64,000 bases of DNA from Gemmatimonadales bacterium (GTDB taxonomy: Bacteria; Gemmatimonadota; Gemmatimonadetes; Gemmatimonadales; GWC2-71-9): assembly GCA_036397755.1 (NCBI GenBank), contig DASWII010000024.1, forward strand, positions 9,957 to 73,956, written 5' to 3'. Shown piece by piece: positions 27,259 to 36,949 of the stretch (position 1 is its first letter; each line of letters begins with the position of its first letter). Both the position numbers and the translations under genes were made by a program. Below the pieces are notes generated by a model. That model did not search any database. It had not been told where the DNA came from and saw nothing but the letters and a program-made list of their open reading frames with translations.

Positions 27259-27277
27259 GGAGCCGGAATCCGGCTCC
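27259..27277. terminator. Perfect 8-bp stem-loop between convergent malic enzyme and dodecin genes
   Basis: ggagccgg-aat-ccggctcc. Confidence 0.5.
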
Positions 27278-27282
27278 GGAGC

Positions 27283-27492
27283 CTAGTCATCCAACGTGAA
27301 TCCGATTCGCACGGCGACCTGCCAGTGGGAGACCTTGCCGTCCTCGATATGCCCGCGCATCTCCTGCACCTCGAGCCAGCGCATGTTCCGCACCGTCTTG
27401 CTCGCGCGCGCAACCGCATTCTCGATCGCCTGCTCGATGCTCTTGGGGGACGAACCGACGAGATCGGTGGTCTTGTACACGTGGTCGGACAT
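27283..27492 (-). CDS. Dodecin family flavin-binding protein
   Basis: 69 aa. [27 protein letters not shown]...W..V is canonical for dodecin/DUF1458. Confidence 0.9.
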   Translation of the reverse strand: MSDHVYKTTDLVGSSPKSIEQAIENAVARASKTVRNMRWLEVQEMRGHIEDGKVSHWQVAVRIGFTLDD

Positions 27493-27542
27493 ATGGTCTC
27501 CTGAGTGAATGGCTCGTGATCAAAGTTCGCGAACTGGGCAAG

Positions 27543-28355
27543 CTACCGCATCTCGAACGTGAGTGTCGCCCACTTGGATTCGTAGTCGACGGGCGAAGCC
27601 TCGTCCAGAGACACCATGTTGATGAACTTGATATACCACCGGCCGGCCCGATCGATCGTGAACCGTAGCACGCCGTCGGCATCCGTTCGCCCCGACCGTT
27701 CCGAGATCGCGACGCCCCCCACCCCGATTCCGCCAATCAACACGAACTGCCCGGGGACCGCGCGGCCGTCCACCAGGCACCGGACCGCGAGCGCGTCGCC
27801 GACTCGCAGGTTGTAGGGGTTGTCCAGCGGCACGACCTCTGCTGGATATCCCAGGACGATGTCGAACCCCTCGGACCGTGCCTCGCCGACCTGAAAGACC
27901 GCCTTCACGTGCTTGCTGTACCGTTCCGCGACGTCGACATCCAGTTGCCCCGCCCGACGGCGAGCTTCCAGCACATCGGGGATGCCGTCGTGCTCCAGAT
28001 ACTCGTTGAACTCGTTCGCCGTGAGCTCGAAATCCGTGTGTCGGGTCGACGCCCCCATGACATACGTCCCCGCGGCCGCCGTGCGGATTCCGATGAACGT
28101 GGTGTCGCCGGCGGCCGTCCAGTCCTTCAAGTCGATCGGCCGCCGCCGACCGGCCACGACCAGACTGGCGTCGCTCACACGGTTCACAGCGATCGCGTTC
28201 TCGCTCGCGACAAAGGTCCCGTTGATGAGTGGGACCTGAACGGCCGAATTCGGCTGGAGGAAGTACGTGTTCAGCTTGATGAACATGTCGTGCGCGAGGG
28301 CGGCGGTGGCCACGCTCATTAGGCCCAACCCAACGGCGGCGAGTCTCTTCCACAT
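27543..28355 (-). CDS. DUF4198 domain periplasmic protein (NikK/CbiK-like metal-uptake associated)
   Basis: Signal peptide MWKRLAAVGLGLMSVATAALAHD followed by an all-beta sequence (HDMFIKLNTYFL...). Start taken at Met10. Confidence 0.75.
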   Translation of the reverse strand: MWKRLAAVGLGLMSVATAALAHDMFIKLNTYFLQPNSAVQVPLINGTFVASENAIAVNRVSDASLVVAGRRRPIDLKDWTAAGDTTFIGIRTAAAGTYVMGASTRHTDFELTANEFNEYLEHDGIPDVLEARRRAGQLDVDVAERYSKHVKAVFQVGEARSEGFDIVLGYPAEVVPLDNPYNLRVGDALAVRCLVDGRAVPGQFVLIGGIGVGGVAISERSGRTDADGVLRFTIDRAGRWYIKFINMVSLDEASPVDYESKWATLTFEMR

Positions 28356-28403
28356 GAGACAGTCCTTTCGTTGCGGGATCACCCTCTCAGCATTTCGCGG
28401 TCG

Positions 28404-29168
28404 TTAGCCGGGTGGGGAGAGGCGCCCACCCGTTTCGAGGTATTCGGCGAACTCGTTGGGGAGCGAGCTGGCGAGGATCGCCGCCTTCGCCCGGTCGAGA
28501 TCGTACGCGACCCGGATGAACTCGACCGTCGCCGCGTGGCCGGTCATATTCAGCAAGACGTACCCAGCACGCCAGTCACCGTCCTTGGGGCGGCCGACCG
28601 AACCCGTGTTCAGGAAATGGATCCCCTTGATCTCGCGATACCACGGCTGATGGGTATGGCCGAACGCAATGACGTCCCCGGCCCGCAGTCCCGCATTGCG
28701 AGCCATCTTGAGACAGAACGCATCAGATCGATCCTCGGTCCAATAGACCGTGTTGAGCGTCGGTGTGCCATGCACCAGGACGAGCTTCGGTCCGCCACTG
28801 TGGCCACCCTGTGGATGGAGATCCATGCGGAAGGGCAAGGTTCCGAGATACGCACGGGTGTCTTCGGTGACGTGCTCCAGCGTCCACCCGTAGCTTTCGT
28901 GCGACAGTGCTTCCTGCCGCGGGTCTTCGTACCTGCAACCGCAATGCTTGTAGCGCACAGCCACGGTGGAGTCATAATTGCCGCTGACTCCGGCGATCCC
29001 GTGCGTTCGCAGCAAGCTCACGACCTCGTTTGGCCATGGCGCATATCCCACGAGGTCGCCCAGATGAAAGCACCGGTGTCGCGCATCATCATGCCGCGCC
29101 AAGTCCTTCAGCACTGCCTCGAGGGCAGGCAGGTTGGCGTGTACGTCGGATATCAAGACGTAGCGCAC
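28404..29168 (-). CDS. Metallophosphoesterase family protein (YfcE/MJ0936-like)
   Basis: Motifs VLISDVHAN, GDLVGY, GNYD, LVHGTP and FGHTH. The GTG at 29168 is preceded by GGAGG. It overlaps the acr3 stop by 16 nt. Confidence 0.8.
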   Translation of the reverse strand: MRYVLISDVHANLPALEAVLKDLARHDDARHRCFHLGDLVGYAPWPNEVVSLLRTHGIAGVSGNYDSTVAVRYKHCGCRYEDPRQEALSHESYGWTLEHVTEDTRAYLGTLPFRMDLHPQGGHSGGPKLVLVHGTPTLNTVYWTEDRSDAFCLKMARNAGLRAGDVIAFGHTHQPWYREIKGIHFLNTGSVGRPKDGDWRAGYVLLNMTGHAATVEFIRVAYDLDRAKAAILASSLPNEFAEYLETGGRLSPPG

Positions 29169-30259
29169 GGCCCTGCCTCCGGCACAGCCGGGGTCTCGGT
29201 CTGCTGGTCCTCGAACCAGTGTCGAGTCGCGACGCACACCCGGCACACCGAAAGCATCACCGGTACCTCTACCAGGACCCCGACCACCGTCGCGAGCGCA
29301 GCGCCCGAGTCAGCCCCATAGAGGGCGATCGCCGTAGCGACCGCCAGCTCGAAAAAGTTCGACGCCCCGATGAGGGCTCCGGGTGCCGCGATCCGGTACG
29401 GAACGCGAAACAGCCGCATGAGTCCATAGGTGAGCGACGAGTTGAAGTAGACCTGAAGCAGGATGGGAATCGCAATCAACACGACATGAAACCAACGCGT
29501 CGTGATGTTCTCGGCCTGAAACGCAAAGATACACATGAGCGTGGTCAGAAGCGCCAGCACCGTAATCGGAGCGAAGAGCGGCAGGTAACGCCCGTTGAAC
29601 CACGCGAGACCCCGCCGAGCGATCAACACTCGACGGCTGATCGATCCGGCCACGAGGGGTACCACCACGAAAATGACGACCGAGTAGACAAGGACCTCAA
29701 ACGGGACCTCGAGGCCCGACGCGCCTGTCACGAGGAGCGTCACGATCGGGACGAACGCGACCAACATGATGAGATCGTTTACCGAGACCTGCACCAACGT
29801 GTACGCGGGGTCGCCGTCGGACAAATACGACCACACGAAGACCATGGCGGTGCACGGCGCCGCCGCCAGGATGATCACCCCGGCGATGTATTGGCTCGCG
29901 AGGTCCTCTCCGATGAGCGGGAGGAAGAGGTGTCTGAAAAACAGCCAGCCGAAGAACGCCATCGAGAAAGGCTTGACGAGCCAATTCACGAACACCGTCA
30001 CGAACAGACCCGTAGGCCGCTTGCCGACGTCCTTGATCGAGGTGAAATCGATCTTCAGCATCATGGGGTAGATCATGAGCCAGATCAGGACGGCGATCGG
30101 GATGTTGATGTGACTGCCGTCACCGAACTCGAGATCACGCAGACTGCCGACCACTCCGGGAACGAGCTTGCCGATCGCGACGCCGAGCACCATGCAGAGC
30201 GCCACCCAAACGGTGAGGTAACGTTCGAACACGTTCATCTGCCTCGCGGTATCACCCAT
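29153..30259 (-). CDS. acr3: ACR3 family arsenite efflux transporter
   Basis: FERYLTVWVALCMVLGVAIG and IAVLIWLMIYPMMLKIDF with about 10 TM segments. Start at Met36 (30259) or Met43 (30238). Confidence 0.9.
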   Translation of the reverse strand: MGDTARQMNVFERYLTVWVALCMVLGVAIGKLVPGVVGSLRDLEFGDGSHINIPIAVLIWLMIYPMMLKIDFTSIKDVGKRPTGLFVTVFVNWLVKPFSMAFFGWLFFRHLFLPLIGEDLASQYIAGVIILAAAPCTAMVFVWSYLSDGDPAYTLVQVSVNDLIMLVAFVPIVTLLVTGASGLEVPFEVLVYSVVIFVVVPLVAGSISRRVLIARRGLAWFNGRYLPLFAPITVLALLTTLMCIFAFQAENITTRWFHVVLIAIPILLQVYFNSSLTYGLMRLFRVPYRIAAPGALIGASNFFELAVATAIALYGADSGAALATVVGVLVEVPVMLSVCRVCVATRHWFEDQQTETPAVPEAGPCATS

Positions 30260-30671
30260 GGTCCGGCGTCCCCGCGGCGACCGTGGTTCTGAAGATTGAC
30301 AGCACCTCGAGATCCAGATCGACGCTGCAGAGTCGCTCCACGGGAACCGCCCGAAGCTGTCCAACGATGCGCCGGTCGCTGGCGATCTGGTCGTCGTCCC
30401 GCAGGCGATCCCACACAGGGGCTAGCATGGCGCGCTCCGGATCGGTGGTCGCAAGCGCATAGTGGACCCACCGGCCGTCTCTACGTTCCGTGATCAGCGC
30501 TGCCCGCCGAAGCTCGGCCAGATGAGCGGAGACCGTTGAAGGAGCCAAGTCGAGCACGGCGGTGATTTGACAGGCGCAGAGTTCGCCGTCACGCAGCATC
30601 GAGGCGATGCGGAGTCGCGCCGGGTGTCCTAACGCTTTCAGAACGCGTGATGTCGAGGCGAGGTCCATCAT
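30252..30671 (-). CDS. arsR: ArsR/SmtB family metalloregulator
   Basis: LKALGHPARLRIASMLRDGELCACQITAVLDLAPSTVSAHLAELRRA is a winged HTH carrying the ELCxC metal-site motif. Confidence 0.9.
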   Translation of the reverse strand: MMDLASTSRVLKALGHPARLRIASMLRDGELCACQITAVLDLAPSTVSAHLAELRRAALITERRDGRWVHYALATTDPERAMLAPVWDRLRDDDQIASDRRIVGQLRAVPVERLCSVDLDLEVLSIFRTTVAAGTPDHG

Positions 30672-30740
30672 TTCGTCACTTCGCGAATTACAGCACTGAA
30701 TGTAACCGAAGTCGGAACCATGTGAATATCCGTGCGGGCC

Positions 30741-30772
30741 TTGACTCTATACCATGGTATAAGGTTTACACT
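30741..30772 (+). promoter_or_regulatory. MerR-type promoter: -35 TTGACT, overlong 19-20 bp spacer holding a perfect 14-bp palindrome (TATACCATGGTATA), -10 TACACT
   Basis: Read directly: cTTGACTcTATACCATGGTATAaggttTACACTag, ending about 25 nt upstream of the merR ATG. Confidence 0.6.
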
Positions 30773-30795
30773 AGTGATTGTTGGAGGGCACACGC

Positions 30796-31197
30796 ATGAC
30801 GATGACCATTGGGCAGGTAGCGTCCGGGGCCGGGGTCAACATCCAAACCGTCCGGTATTACGAGCGCCGCGGTCTGCTCCCCAAGGCGCCGCGCACCCCG
30901 TCGGGATATCGCCAGTACGATCCCGAGGCCGTCGCGCGACTCCGATTCATCAAACGGGCGCAGGAACTCGGGTTCTCGCTGGAAGAGGTCGCCGAGCTCC
31001 TCGAACTGCGGGTTGAGCACGGTGCTGCCTGCCAGGCGGTTGAGTCCAAGGCCAAGGAGAAGATTGCGATGGTCGAGAGCAAGATCGGCGAGTTAGAAAG
31101 AATGAAGGCGGTCCTGGTCGAGCTTGCGCGGGCGTGTGACGTCCGCGAACCGACGAGCGACTGCCCGATTCTCGCAACCCTCAGCGAGGACGCGTGA
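30796..31197 (+). CDS. merR: MerR family Hg(II)-responsive transcriptional regulator
   Basis: MTIGQVASGAGVNIQTVRYYERRGLLP HTH. Three Cys (GAACQ, RACD, SDCP) are spaced like the MerR Hg-binding cysteines. GGAGGG lies 7 nt upstream of the ATG at 30796. Confidence 0.88.
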   Translation: MTMTIGQVASGAGVNIQTVRYYERRGLLPKAPRTPSGYRQYDPEAVARLRFIKRAQELGFSLEEVAELLELRVEHGAACQAVESKAKEKIAMVESKIGELERMKAVLVELARACDVREPTSDCPILATLSEDA

Positions 31198-31382
31198 TCA
31201 AGGCGACGGTGACGGCGGTCGGCGCGGCGGCAGCCGGCGGCGTTCATTGCGGAGCTGACCCGGCTCACCGGGTTCACCGCTGTCGTGGGTACCACGCACG
31301 ACGGCAGAATCGCCCCGCCGGTAGCTGACAGCACGCCTCAGGGCAGAGACACCATCACAGTTCGAGATTGAGGAGAAGCAAC

Positions 31383-33041
31383 GTGTCAGAGCGGATCGAG
31401 TTGGAAGTACGAGGTATGACGTGCGACGGGTGCGCACGCCACGTAACGGCGGCGTTGCATGAGATTCCCGGGGTGATTCACGCCGAGGTGCTTGGGTGGG
31501 AAAGCCACCACGCGGTCGTTGACGCGGAGCCAGGGATCGGAGCTACACGGCTCCAAGCGGCCGTGGCCGCAGCCGGCTACGAAGCCAGAGTCACGGCACG
31601 TCACGCGAGCTCCACCGTTGCCCGCGCACCAGCGGACAGCGCCGCTGACTTCGATCTGCTGGTGATCGGGGCCGGCTCCGCGGGATTCGCTGCGGCGATC
31701 AAGGGAGTGGACCTGGGGTTCCGGGTCGCCCTGACCGGCGACGGTCCGCTGGGAGGAACCTGCGTGAACGTCGGGTGCGTCCCCAGCAAGACGCTCATCC
31801 GCGCCGCCCACGTGTGGTATCGCGCAGGACGTCACCCCTTCAAGGGGGTTGGGACCTCCCAGGTGGCATTGGATTGGAACGCGGTGAGGGACGAGAAGAA
31901 CGCCCTGGTAGATTCGATGCGACAAGAAAAGTATGCGGACGTGCTCGCCGCCTATCCCGCGATCACGTTTTTCTCCGGGCGCGCGCGCTTCCAGCGTGAC
32001 GGAACCGTACGGATTGGCGATCGAGCCTTCCGCGCCGAGAAATACCTCGTGGCGACGGGCGCGGTGCCGCGCATGGTTCCGATCCCTGGCGCCGCTGAGG
32101 CCGGGGTGCTCACAAGCACCACCGTGATGGATCTGCCCGCGCTTCCAGAATCGCTGATCGTACTTGGCGGCCGGGCGGTAGCGCTCGAGCTGGGCCAGGC
32201 CATGGCACGATTCGGAGTCCGGGTGACGATTCTCCAGCGGAGCAGCAGCATCATTCCGGAGCACGACCCCGAAGTGGGCCGGGCGCTGACGGAGGCGCTG
32301 GTCAATGAAGGCATCGAGATCGTAACCGATGTACACACAGAACGCATCGATCGCGACGACGACCAGCGCTTCGTGCGCGCGTCGGTCAACGGACAGGAGA
32401 AGGTCTTCCGAGCGGAGCAGATTCTGATGGCATTGGGCCGAGAGCCGCAGACCGCCGGATTAGGTCTGGAAGACGTCGGAGTCGAGCTGGATGAGCGAGG
32501 TGCCGTGCTCGTCGATGCGGGCCTGCGAACGTCGAACCCCCACGTGTACGCCGCTGGTGATGTCACCAACAACCCCGAGTTCGTCTACGTTGCCGCCGCT
32601 GGCGCTGCGGTGGCCGCCGAGAACGCATTGACGGGTGCCGATCGACGTCTGGACCTGTCAGCAATGCCGGGTGTCATCTTCACCGATCCTCAAGTGGCGA
32701 CGGTCGGCCTAACCGAGGCCGCCGCGGTGCAGGCGGGCCTCGACGTCCGGACCTCCACCCTGCCCCTCACGCACGTGGCCCGCGCTCTCGCCGCGCGGGA
32801 CACCCGTGGCCTGATCAAGCTCGTGGCCGATCGCGCGACGGGGCGGATTGTGGGCGCGCATGCCGTGGCCGCGGAAGCCGGGGAGCTCATTCAGACAGCG
32901 GTGCTGGCGGTCAAGCATGGTCTCACCATCAACGATCTCGCGGGGACGCTTTTCCCATACCTCACCATGGTTGAAGGTCTCAAGCTGGCGGCGCAGACGT
33001 TCGATAAGGACGTGTCGAAGCTGAGTTGCTGCGCGGCCTGA
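31383..33041 (+). CDS. merA: Mercuric reductase MerA with N-terminal HMA (NmerA) domain
   Basis: GMTCDGCARHV (HMA domain), redox-active GGTCVNVGCVPSK and the C-terminal vicinal Cys pair KLSCCAA. The GTG at 31383 follows GAGGAG. The track start, TTG at 31368, is the alternative. Confidence 0.95.
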   Translation: MSERIELEVRGMTCDGCARHVTAALHEIPGVIHAEVLGWESHHAVVDAEPGIGATRLQAAVAAAGYEARVTARHASSTVARAPADSAADFDLLVIGAGSAGFAAAIKGVDLGFRVALTGDGPLGGTCVNVGCVPSKTLIRAAHVWYRAGRHPFKGVGTSQVALDWNAVRDEKNALVDSMRQEKYADVLAAYPAITFFSGRARFQRDGTVRIGDRAFRAEKYLVATGAVPRMVPIPGAAEAGVLTSTTVMDLPALPESLIVLGGRAVALELGQAMARFGVRVTILQRSSSIIPEHDPEVGRALTEALVNEGIEIVTDVHTERIDRDDDQRFVRASVNGQEKVFRAEQILMALGREPQTAGLGLEDVGVELDERGAVLVDAGLRTSNPHVYAAGDVTNNPEFVYVAAAGAAVAAENALTGADRRLDLSAMPGVIFTDPQVATVGLTEAAAVQAGLDVRTSTLPLTHVARALAARDTRGLIKLVADRATGRIVGAHAVAAEAGELIQTAVLAVKHGLTINDLAGTLFPYLTMVEGLKLAAQTFDKDVSKLSCCAA

Positions 33042-33181
33042 TCTCTCCCTGCGTGCCGAGAGCGTGCGACCAGCATCACCAAGCTTGGCTCAGGCATGTG
33101 GGGGCAATGATCGGCCGACGGGCTCCTCCCCGGAGGCCGGCCCGCTACATTACCCTCTGCCCCGACCTCCAGGTGCATCGA

Positions 33182-33631
33182 ATGGCAATGGCCCTCCGCA
33201 TCCCGATCATGATCGCCGTCCTCGCGGCACTCCCGAACCTCACCCGCGCGCAGGCGCCAAGCCCCGCTTTGGCCGCGGTCGCAGCGTTTCACTCGGCCAT
33301 GGAGGCCGGAGACAGTGCCACCGTACTCTCACTTCTCCATCCGGACGTCGTCGTGTTCGAGTCCGGACGCATGGAAGCCGGGCGCGATGAGTACCGATCC
33401 CATCATCTTGGCGCGGATATGGAAGCCGCCCAGGGCCTCACGCGCGACGTGACGTTCGAGGAGTCGGGCGGATCCGGAGATGTAGCGTGGGTGATCGCGC
33501 GGACGCGCACCACCGGGGCGTTTCGCGGTCGCGAGATCGACAGTGAGGGAGACGAGACGATGGTGCTTCGCCATACCGAGGCGGGGTGGCGCATCGTTCA
33601 CATTCACTGGTCGCAGCGCCCGCGCCGCTGA
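33182..33631 (+). CDS. Secreted SnoaL-like / DUF4440 (NTF2-fold) protein
   Basis: Signal peptide MAMALRIPIMIAVLAALPNLTRAQA. FHSAMEAGDSATVLSLLHPDVVVFE...GWRIVHIHWS is typical of the NTF2-like fold. Confidence 0.7.
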   Translation: MAMALRIPIMIAVLAALPNLTRAQAPSPALAAVAAFHSAMEAGDSATVLSLLHPDVVVFESGRMEAGRDEYRSHHLGADMEAAQGLTRDVTFEESGGSGDVAWVIARTRTTGAFRGREIDSEGDETMVLRHTEAGWRIVHIHWSQRPRR

Positions 33632-33709
33632 CGAGCCGCGGCGACTGCTTCAGGCGCACAGCGGCGCGAATCTCGACGATGTCCGGCATACCGATACCCC
33701 CTTTCGGCC

Positions 33710-36700
33710 TCAGCCGCCTGGCTCCAACGCCGCGCGGTCCAGCAACGCTCCGCCAACTGCCGCCTCGGGTCGGTGCCGAACTTGCCAGCTGCGCCAAAGC
33801 AGATAGATGGCCGGGATCACCACCAGGGTGAGCACCGTGGACGTCACCATCCCGCCCACCATGGGCGCCGCGATGCGCTTCATCACGTCCGCACCGGTGC
33901 CCTGACTCCACAGAATCGGGGCCAGACCTGCCGTGATGGCGATGACGGTCATCATTTTGGGACGTAGTCGCTCCACCGCGCCCTCTCGCACCGCCTCGGC
34001 CACGTCCGTGCGCGAGCGCATCCGCCCCTCGCGGTCCCGATGGTGGAACGCCTCATCCAGATAGATCAGCATCACCACGCCGGTCTCGGCGGCCACGCCA
34101 GCCAGCGCGATGAAGCCCACCCACACCGCGACACTGGTGTTGTACCCCGCCAGCCAGATGTACCAAATGCCTCCCACCAGCGCGAACGGAACCGAGAGCA
34201 TGACGATGACCGACTCGGTCACGCCCCGAAAATTGAGATACAGCAGCAGGAAGATGATGCCGAGGGTCACCGGCACCACTAGGCGCAGCTTCTGGGCCAC
34301 GCGCTGCATGAACTCGTATTGCCCGCTCCAGGTGAGCGTGTAGCCTGTCGGGAGCTGGAGCTGCTGCGCCACCGTGCGTTGGGCATCCCGCACGTAGCTG
34401 CCCACGTCGCGCCCTTCGATGTCCACGAAGATGGTGGTGACGGGAAACGCATCTTCCGTCTTCACCGCCATCGGTCCCTGCACCACCTGAATGGTGGCAA
34501 CCTGGCCGAGGGGAATCTGGGTGATCCTCCGCGGGAGGCCGCCGGCGTTGCCGCCGTTTCCCACATCACTCATGCCGCCGCCGGTAGCCATGCCACCCAT
34601 GCCGGCCACCGCCGGGATGACCACTTCGCGGAGCTTCTGCAGGTTGTCGCGCAGCTCTCTGGGATATCGCACGTTCACCGCGTAGCGCTCCCGGCCCTCG
34701 ACCGTGGTGGCCGCATCCATGCCGCCGACCGTGGCCATGATGGCGTTGTGGATGTCGCCCACGTTGAGCCCGTAGCGGGCGGCTTCGGCACGGTCGATTT
34801 CGATGTCCACGTAGTAGCCGGAGACGCCCCGCTCGGCGAAGGCGCTGCGGGTGCCGGGGACCTGCTGGACAATGCGTTCGGCCCGCTCGCCCAGGGCCTG
34901 GAGCGTGTCGAGGTTCGGGCCGAAAATCTTGATCCCCACCGCCGTCCGGACCCCGGTCGCGAGCATGTCGATCCGGCCCTTGATAGGCATGGTCCAGGCG
35001 TTGGTGACGCCGGGCAGCTTGACCGCCCCGTCCATCTCGGCAATGAGCCGCTCGTAGGTCATGCCGCGGCGCCACTCCCTCTCGGGCTTCAGCGTGATGG
35101 TGGTCTCGTACATGTCCAGGGGCGCCGGATCGGTCGCCGTGTTCGCCCGACCTGCTTTGCCGAGCACGGTCTCGACCTCGGGGAACGAGGCCAGGACGCT
35201 GTCCTGGTAGCGCATGATTTCGCGCGACTGGGCGATGGAGACGCCCGGCACCGTGGTCGGCATGAAGAGCACGGAGCCCTCGTGCAGCTGTGGCATGAAC
35301 TCGCTCCCCAGCCGGCTCCAGGGAAGCACGGTAACGAGCAGCGCCACGGCGGCGCCGGCGATCACGATCCACGGCCGCCGAATAGCGAACTCGATCACGG
35401 GCCGGTACGCCCAGCGCAGCGCCCGGTTGACCGGGTTCTGCGCCTCGGGCCGGATCTTGCCGCGAATCAGATACCCCATCAGGACCGGGACCAGCGTGAT
35501 GGAGAGCAGTGCCGCACCGGCCATCGCGAAGGTCTTGGTGAACGCCAGCGGCTTGAACAGCCGGCCCTCTTGCTGCTCCAGCGCGAACACCGGCAGGAAG
35601 CTGAAGGTGATGATCAGGAGCGAGAAGAACAGCGGCGGGCCCACCTGCTTGGCACTCGCCAGCACAATCTCCCAGCGCGAGGCTGTGCCGTCGGCCCGCT
35701 CGAGGTGCTTGTGCATGTTCTCGATCATCACGATGGCGGCGTCCACCATGGCGCCGATGGCGATGGCGATCCCGCCCAGGCTCATGATGTTGGCGTTGAC
35801 CCCGATCCAGCGCATCACGATGAACGAAATCAAGATGCCCAGGGGCAGCGTGATGATGGCCACCAGGGCGGATCGGGCATGGAGCAGGAACAGGATCGCG
35901 ACGCCGGCCACGATGAGCGACTCCTCGATCAACTTCTCCTTGAGGTTGTCGATGGCGCGGTGGATCAGATCGCTTCGGTCGTAGGCCGTGCGGATGCGCA
36001 CGCCCGGCGGAAGGCCGGCCTTGATCTCCTCGAGGCGGGCCTTGACCGCTTCGATGGTCTTGAGCGCGTCGGTCCCGAACCGCATGACCACGATGCCGGC
36101 CACGACCTCGCCTTTGCCATTCAAGTCGGCGGCACCGCGCCGCGGGGCGGGCCCGATTTGCACCGTGGCGATGTCGCGCACCCGGATCGGCGTCCCGTTG
36201 GGCGTGATCCCCACCGCTACGTTCTCGATGTCCCGCACCCCCTCCAGGTAGCCCAGGCCGCGGATCATGTACTCGCGGCCGCCCATCTCCAGCACCCGCG
36301 CGCCGATGTCCGCATTGTGGGACCCGATCGCCTGCGCCACCCGGGTCACCGGGATATTGAAGGCCCGCAGCCGCTCCGGGTTGACCTCAACCTGGTACTG
36401 CTTCACGAACCCGCCGAGGCTGGCCACTTCCGAAACGCCGGGAACGGCCGTCAGCTGGTAGCGGATGTACCAGTCCTGCAGCGTTCGGAGCTGCGCCAGG
36501 TCCAGGCTGTCGGATTCGAGTGTGTACTCGAACACCCAGCCCACGCCCGTGGCGTCCGGCCCCAGCGTGGGCTCCACGCCGCCGGGCAGGCGCTGGCGGA
36601 TGCCGTTCAGGTACTCCAACACGCGGGACCGCGCCCAGTAGATGTCGGTGCCGTCCTCGAAGATCACATAGACCAGACTTAGGCCGAAGAACGAAAAGGC

Positions 36701-36949
36701 GCGGACCACCCGCGTGCCCGGCACCTTGAGCATCTCGGACGCGATGGGGTAGGTAACCTGGTCTTCCACGATCTGCGGCGCCTGCTCGCTGAAGTCGGTC
36801 TGGATAATGACCTGCACGTCCGACAGATCGGGTATGGCATCGAGAGGCGTGGTCGCCATCGCCCAGACGCCGCCGCCGATCAACCCAACCGTGGCCAGCA
36901 ACACCAGCCCCCGGTTGCGCAGCGACCAGGCGATGATGCCGTTAATCAT
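33710..36949 (-). CDS. CusA/CzcA family heavy-metal efflux RND permease
   Basis: 1079 aa. The N-terminus MINGIIAWSLRNRGLVLLATVGLIGGGVWAM..LDAIPDLSDVQVII is the hallmark of HME-RND pumps. Confidence 0.95.
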   Translation of the reverse strand: MINGIIAWSLRNRGLVLLATVGLIGGGVWAMATTPLDAIPDLSDVQVIIQTDFSEQAPQIVEDQVTYPIASEMLKVPGTRVVRAFSFFGLSLVYVIFEDGTDIYWARSRVLEYLNGIRQRLPGGVEPTLGPDATGVGWVFEYTLESDSLDLAQLRTLQDWYIRYQLTAVPGVSEVASLGGFVKQYQVEVNPERLRAFNIPVTRVAQAIGSHNADIGARVLEMGGREYMIRGLGYLEGVRDIENVAVGITPNGTPIRVRDIATVQIGPAPRRGAADLNGKGEVVAGIVVMRFGTDALKTIEAVKARLEEIKAGLPPGVRIRTAYDRSDLIHRAIDNLKEKLIEESLIVAGVAILFLLHARSALVAIITLPLGILISFIVMRWIGVNANIMSLGGIAIAIGAMVDAAIVMIENMHKHLERADGTASRWEIVLASAKQVGPPLFFSLLIITFSFLPVFALEQQEGRLFKPLAFTKTFAMAGAALLSITLVPVLMGYLIRGKIRPEAQNPVNRALRWAYRPVIEFAIRRPWIVIAGAAVALLVTVLPWSRLGSEFMPQLHEGSVLFMPTTVPGVSIAQSREIMRYQDSVLASFPEVETVLGKAGRANTATDPAPLDMYETTITLKPEREWRRGMTYERLIAEMDGAVKLPGVTNAWTMPIKGRIDMLATGVRTAVGIKIFGPNLDTLQALGERAERIVQQVPGTRSAFAERGVSGYYVDIEIDRAEAARYGLNVGDIHNAIMATVGGMDAATTVEGRERYAVNVRYPRELRDNLQKLREVVIPAVAGMGGMATGGGMSDVGNGGNAGGLPRRITQIPLGQVATIQVVQGPMAVKTEDAFPVTTIFVDIEGRDVGSYVRDAQRTVAQQLQLPTGYTLTWSGQYEFMQRVAQKLRLVVPVTLGIIFLLLYLNFRGVTESVIVMLSVPFALVGGIWYIWLAGYNTSVAVWVGFIALAGVAAETGVVMLIYLDEAFHHRDREGRMRSRTDVAEAVREGAVERLRPKMMTVIAITAGLAPILWSQGTGADVMKRIAAPMVGGMVTSTVLTLVVIPAIYLLWRSWQVRHRPEAAVGGALLDRAALEPGG

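Noticed and set aside
31194-31328. A 44-codon ORF (VIKATVTAVGAAAAGGVHCGADPAHRVHRCRGYHARRQNRPAGS) starting with a GTGA overlap on the merR stop, in the merR-merA gap. It was considered as a tiny MerE/MerF-like Hg transporter.
   Set aside because: The hydrophobic segment is too short and Ala/Gly-rich for a TM helix, and there is no CC or CxC Hg-binding motif. Third-position G+C falls off in the second half (about 70% overall by my count). The basic tail looks like random GC-rich translation.
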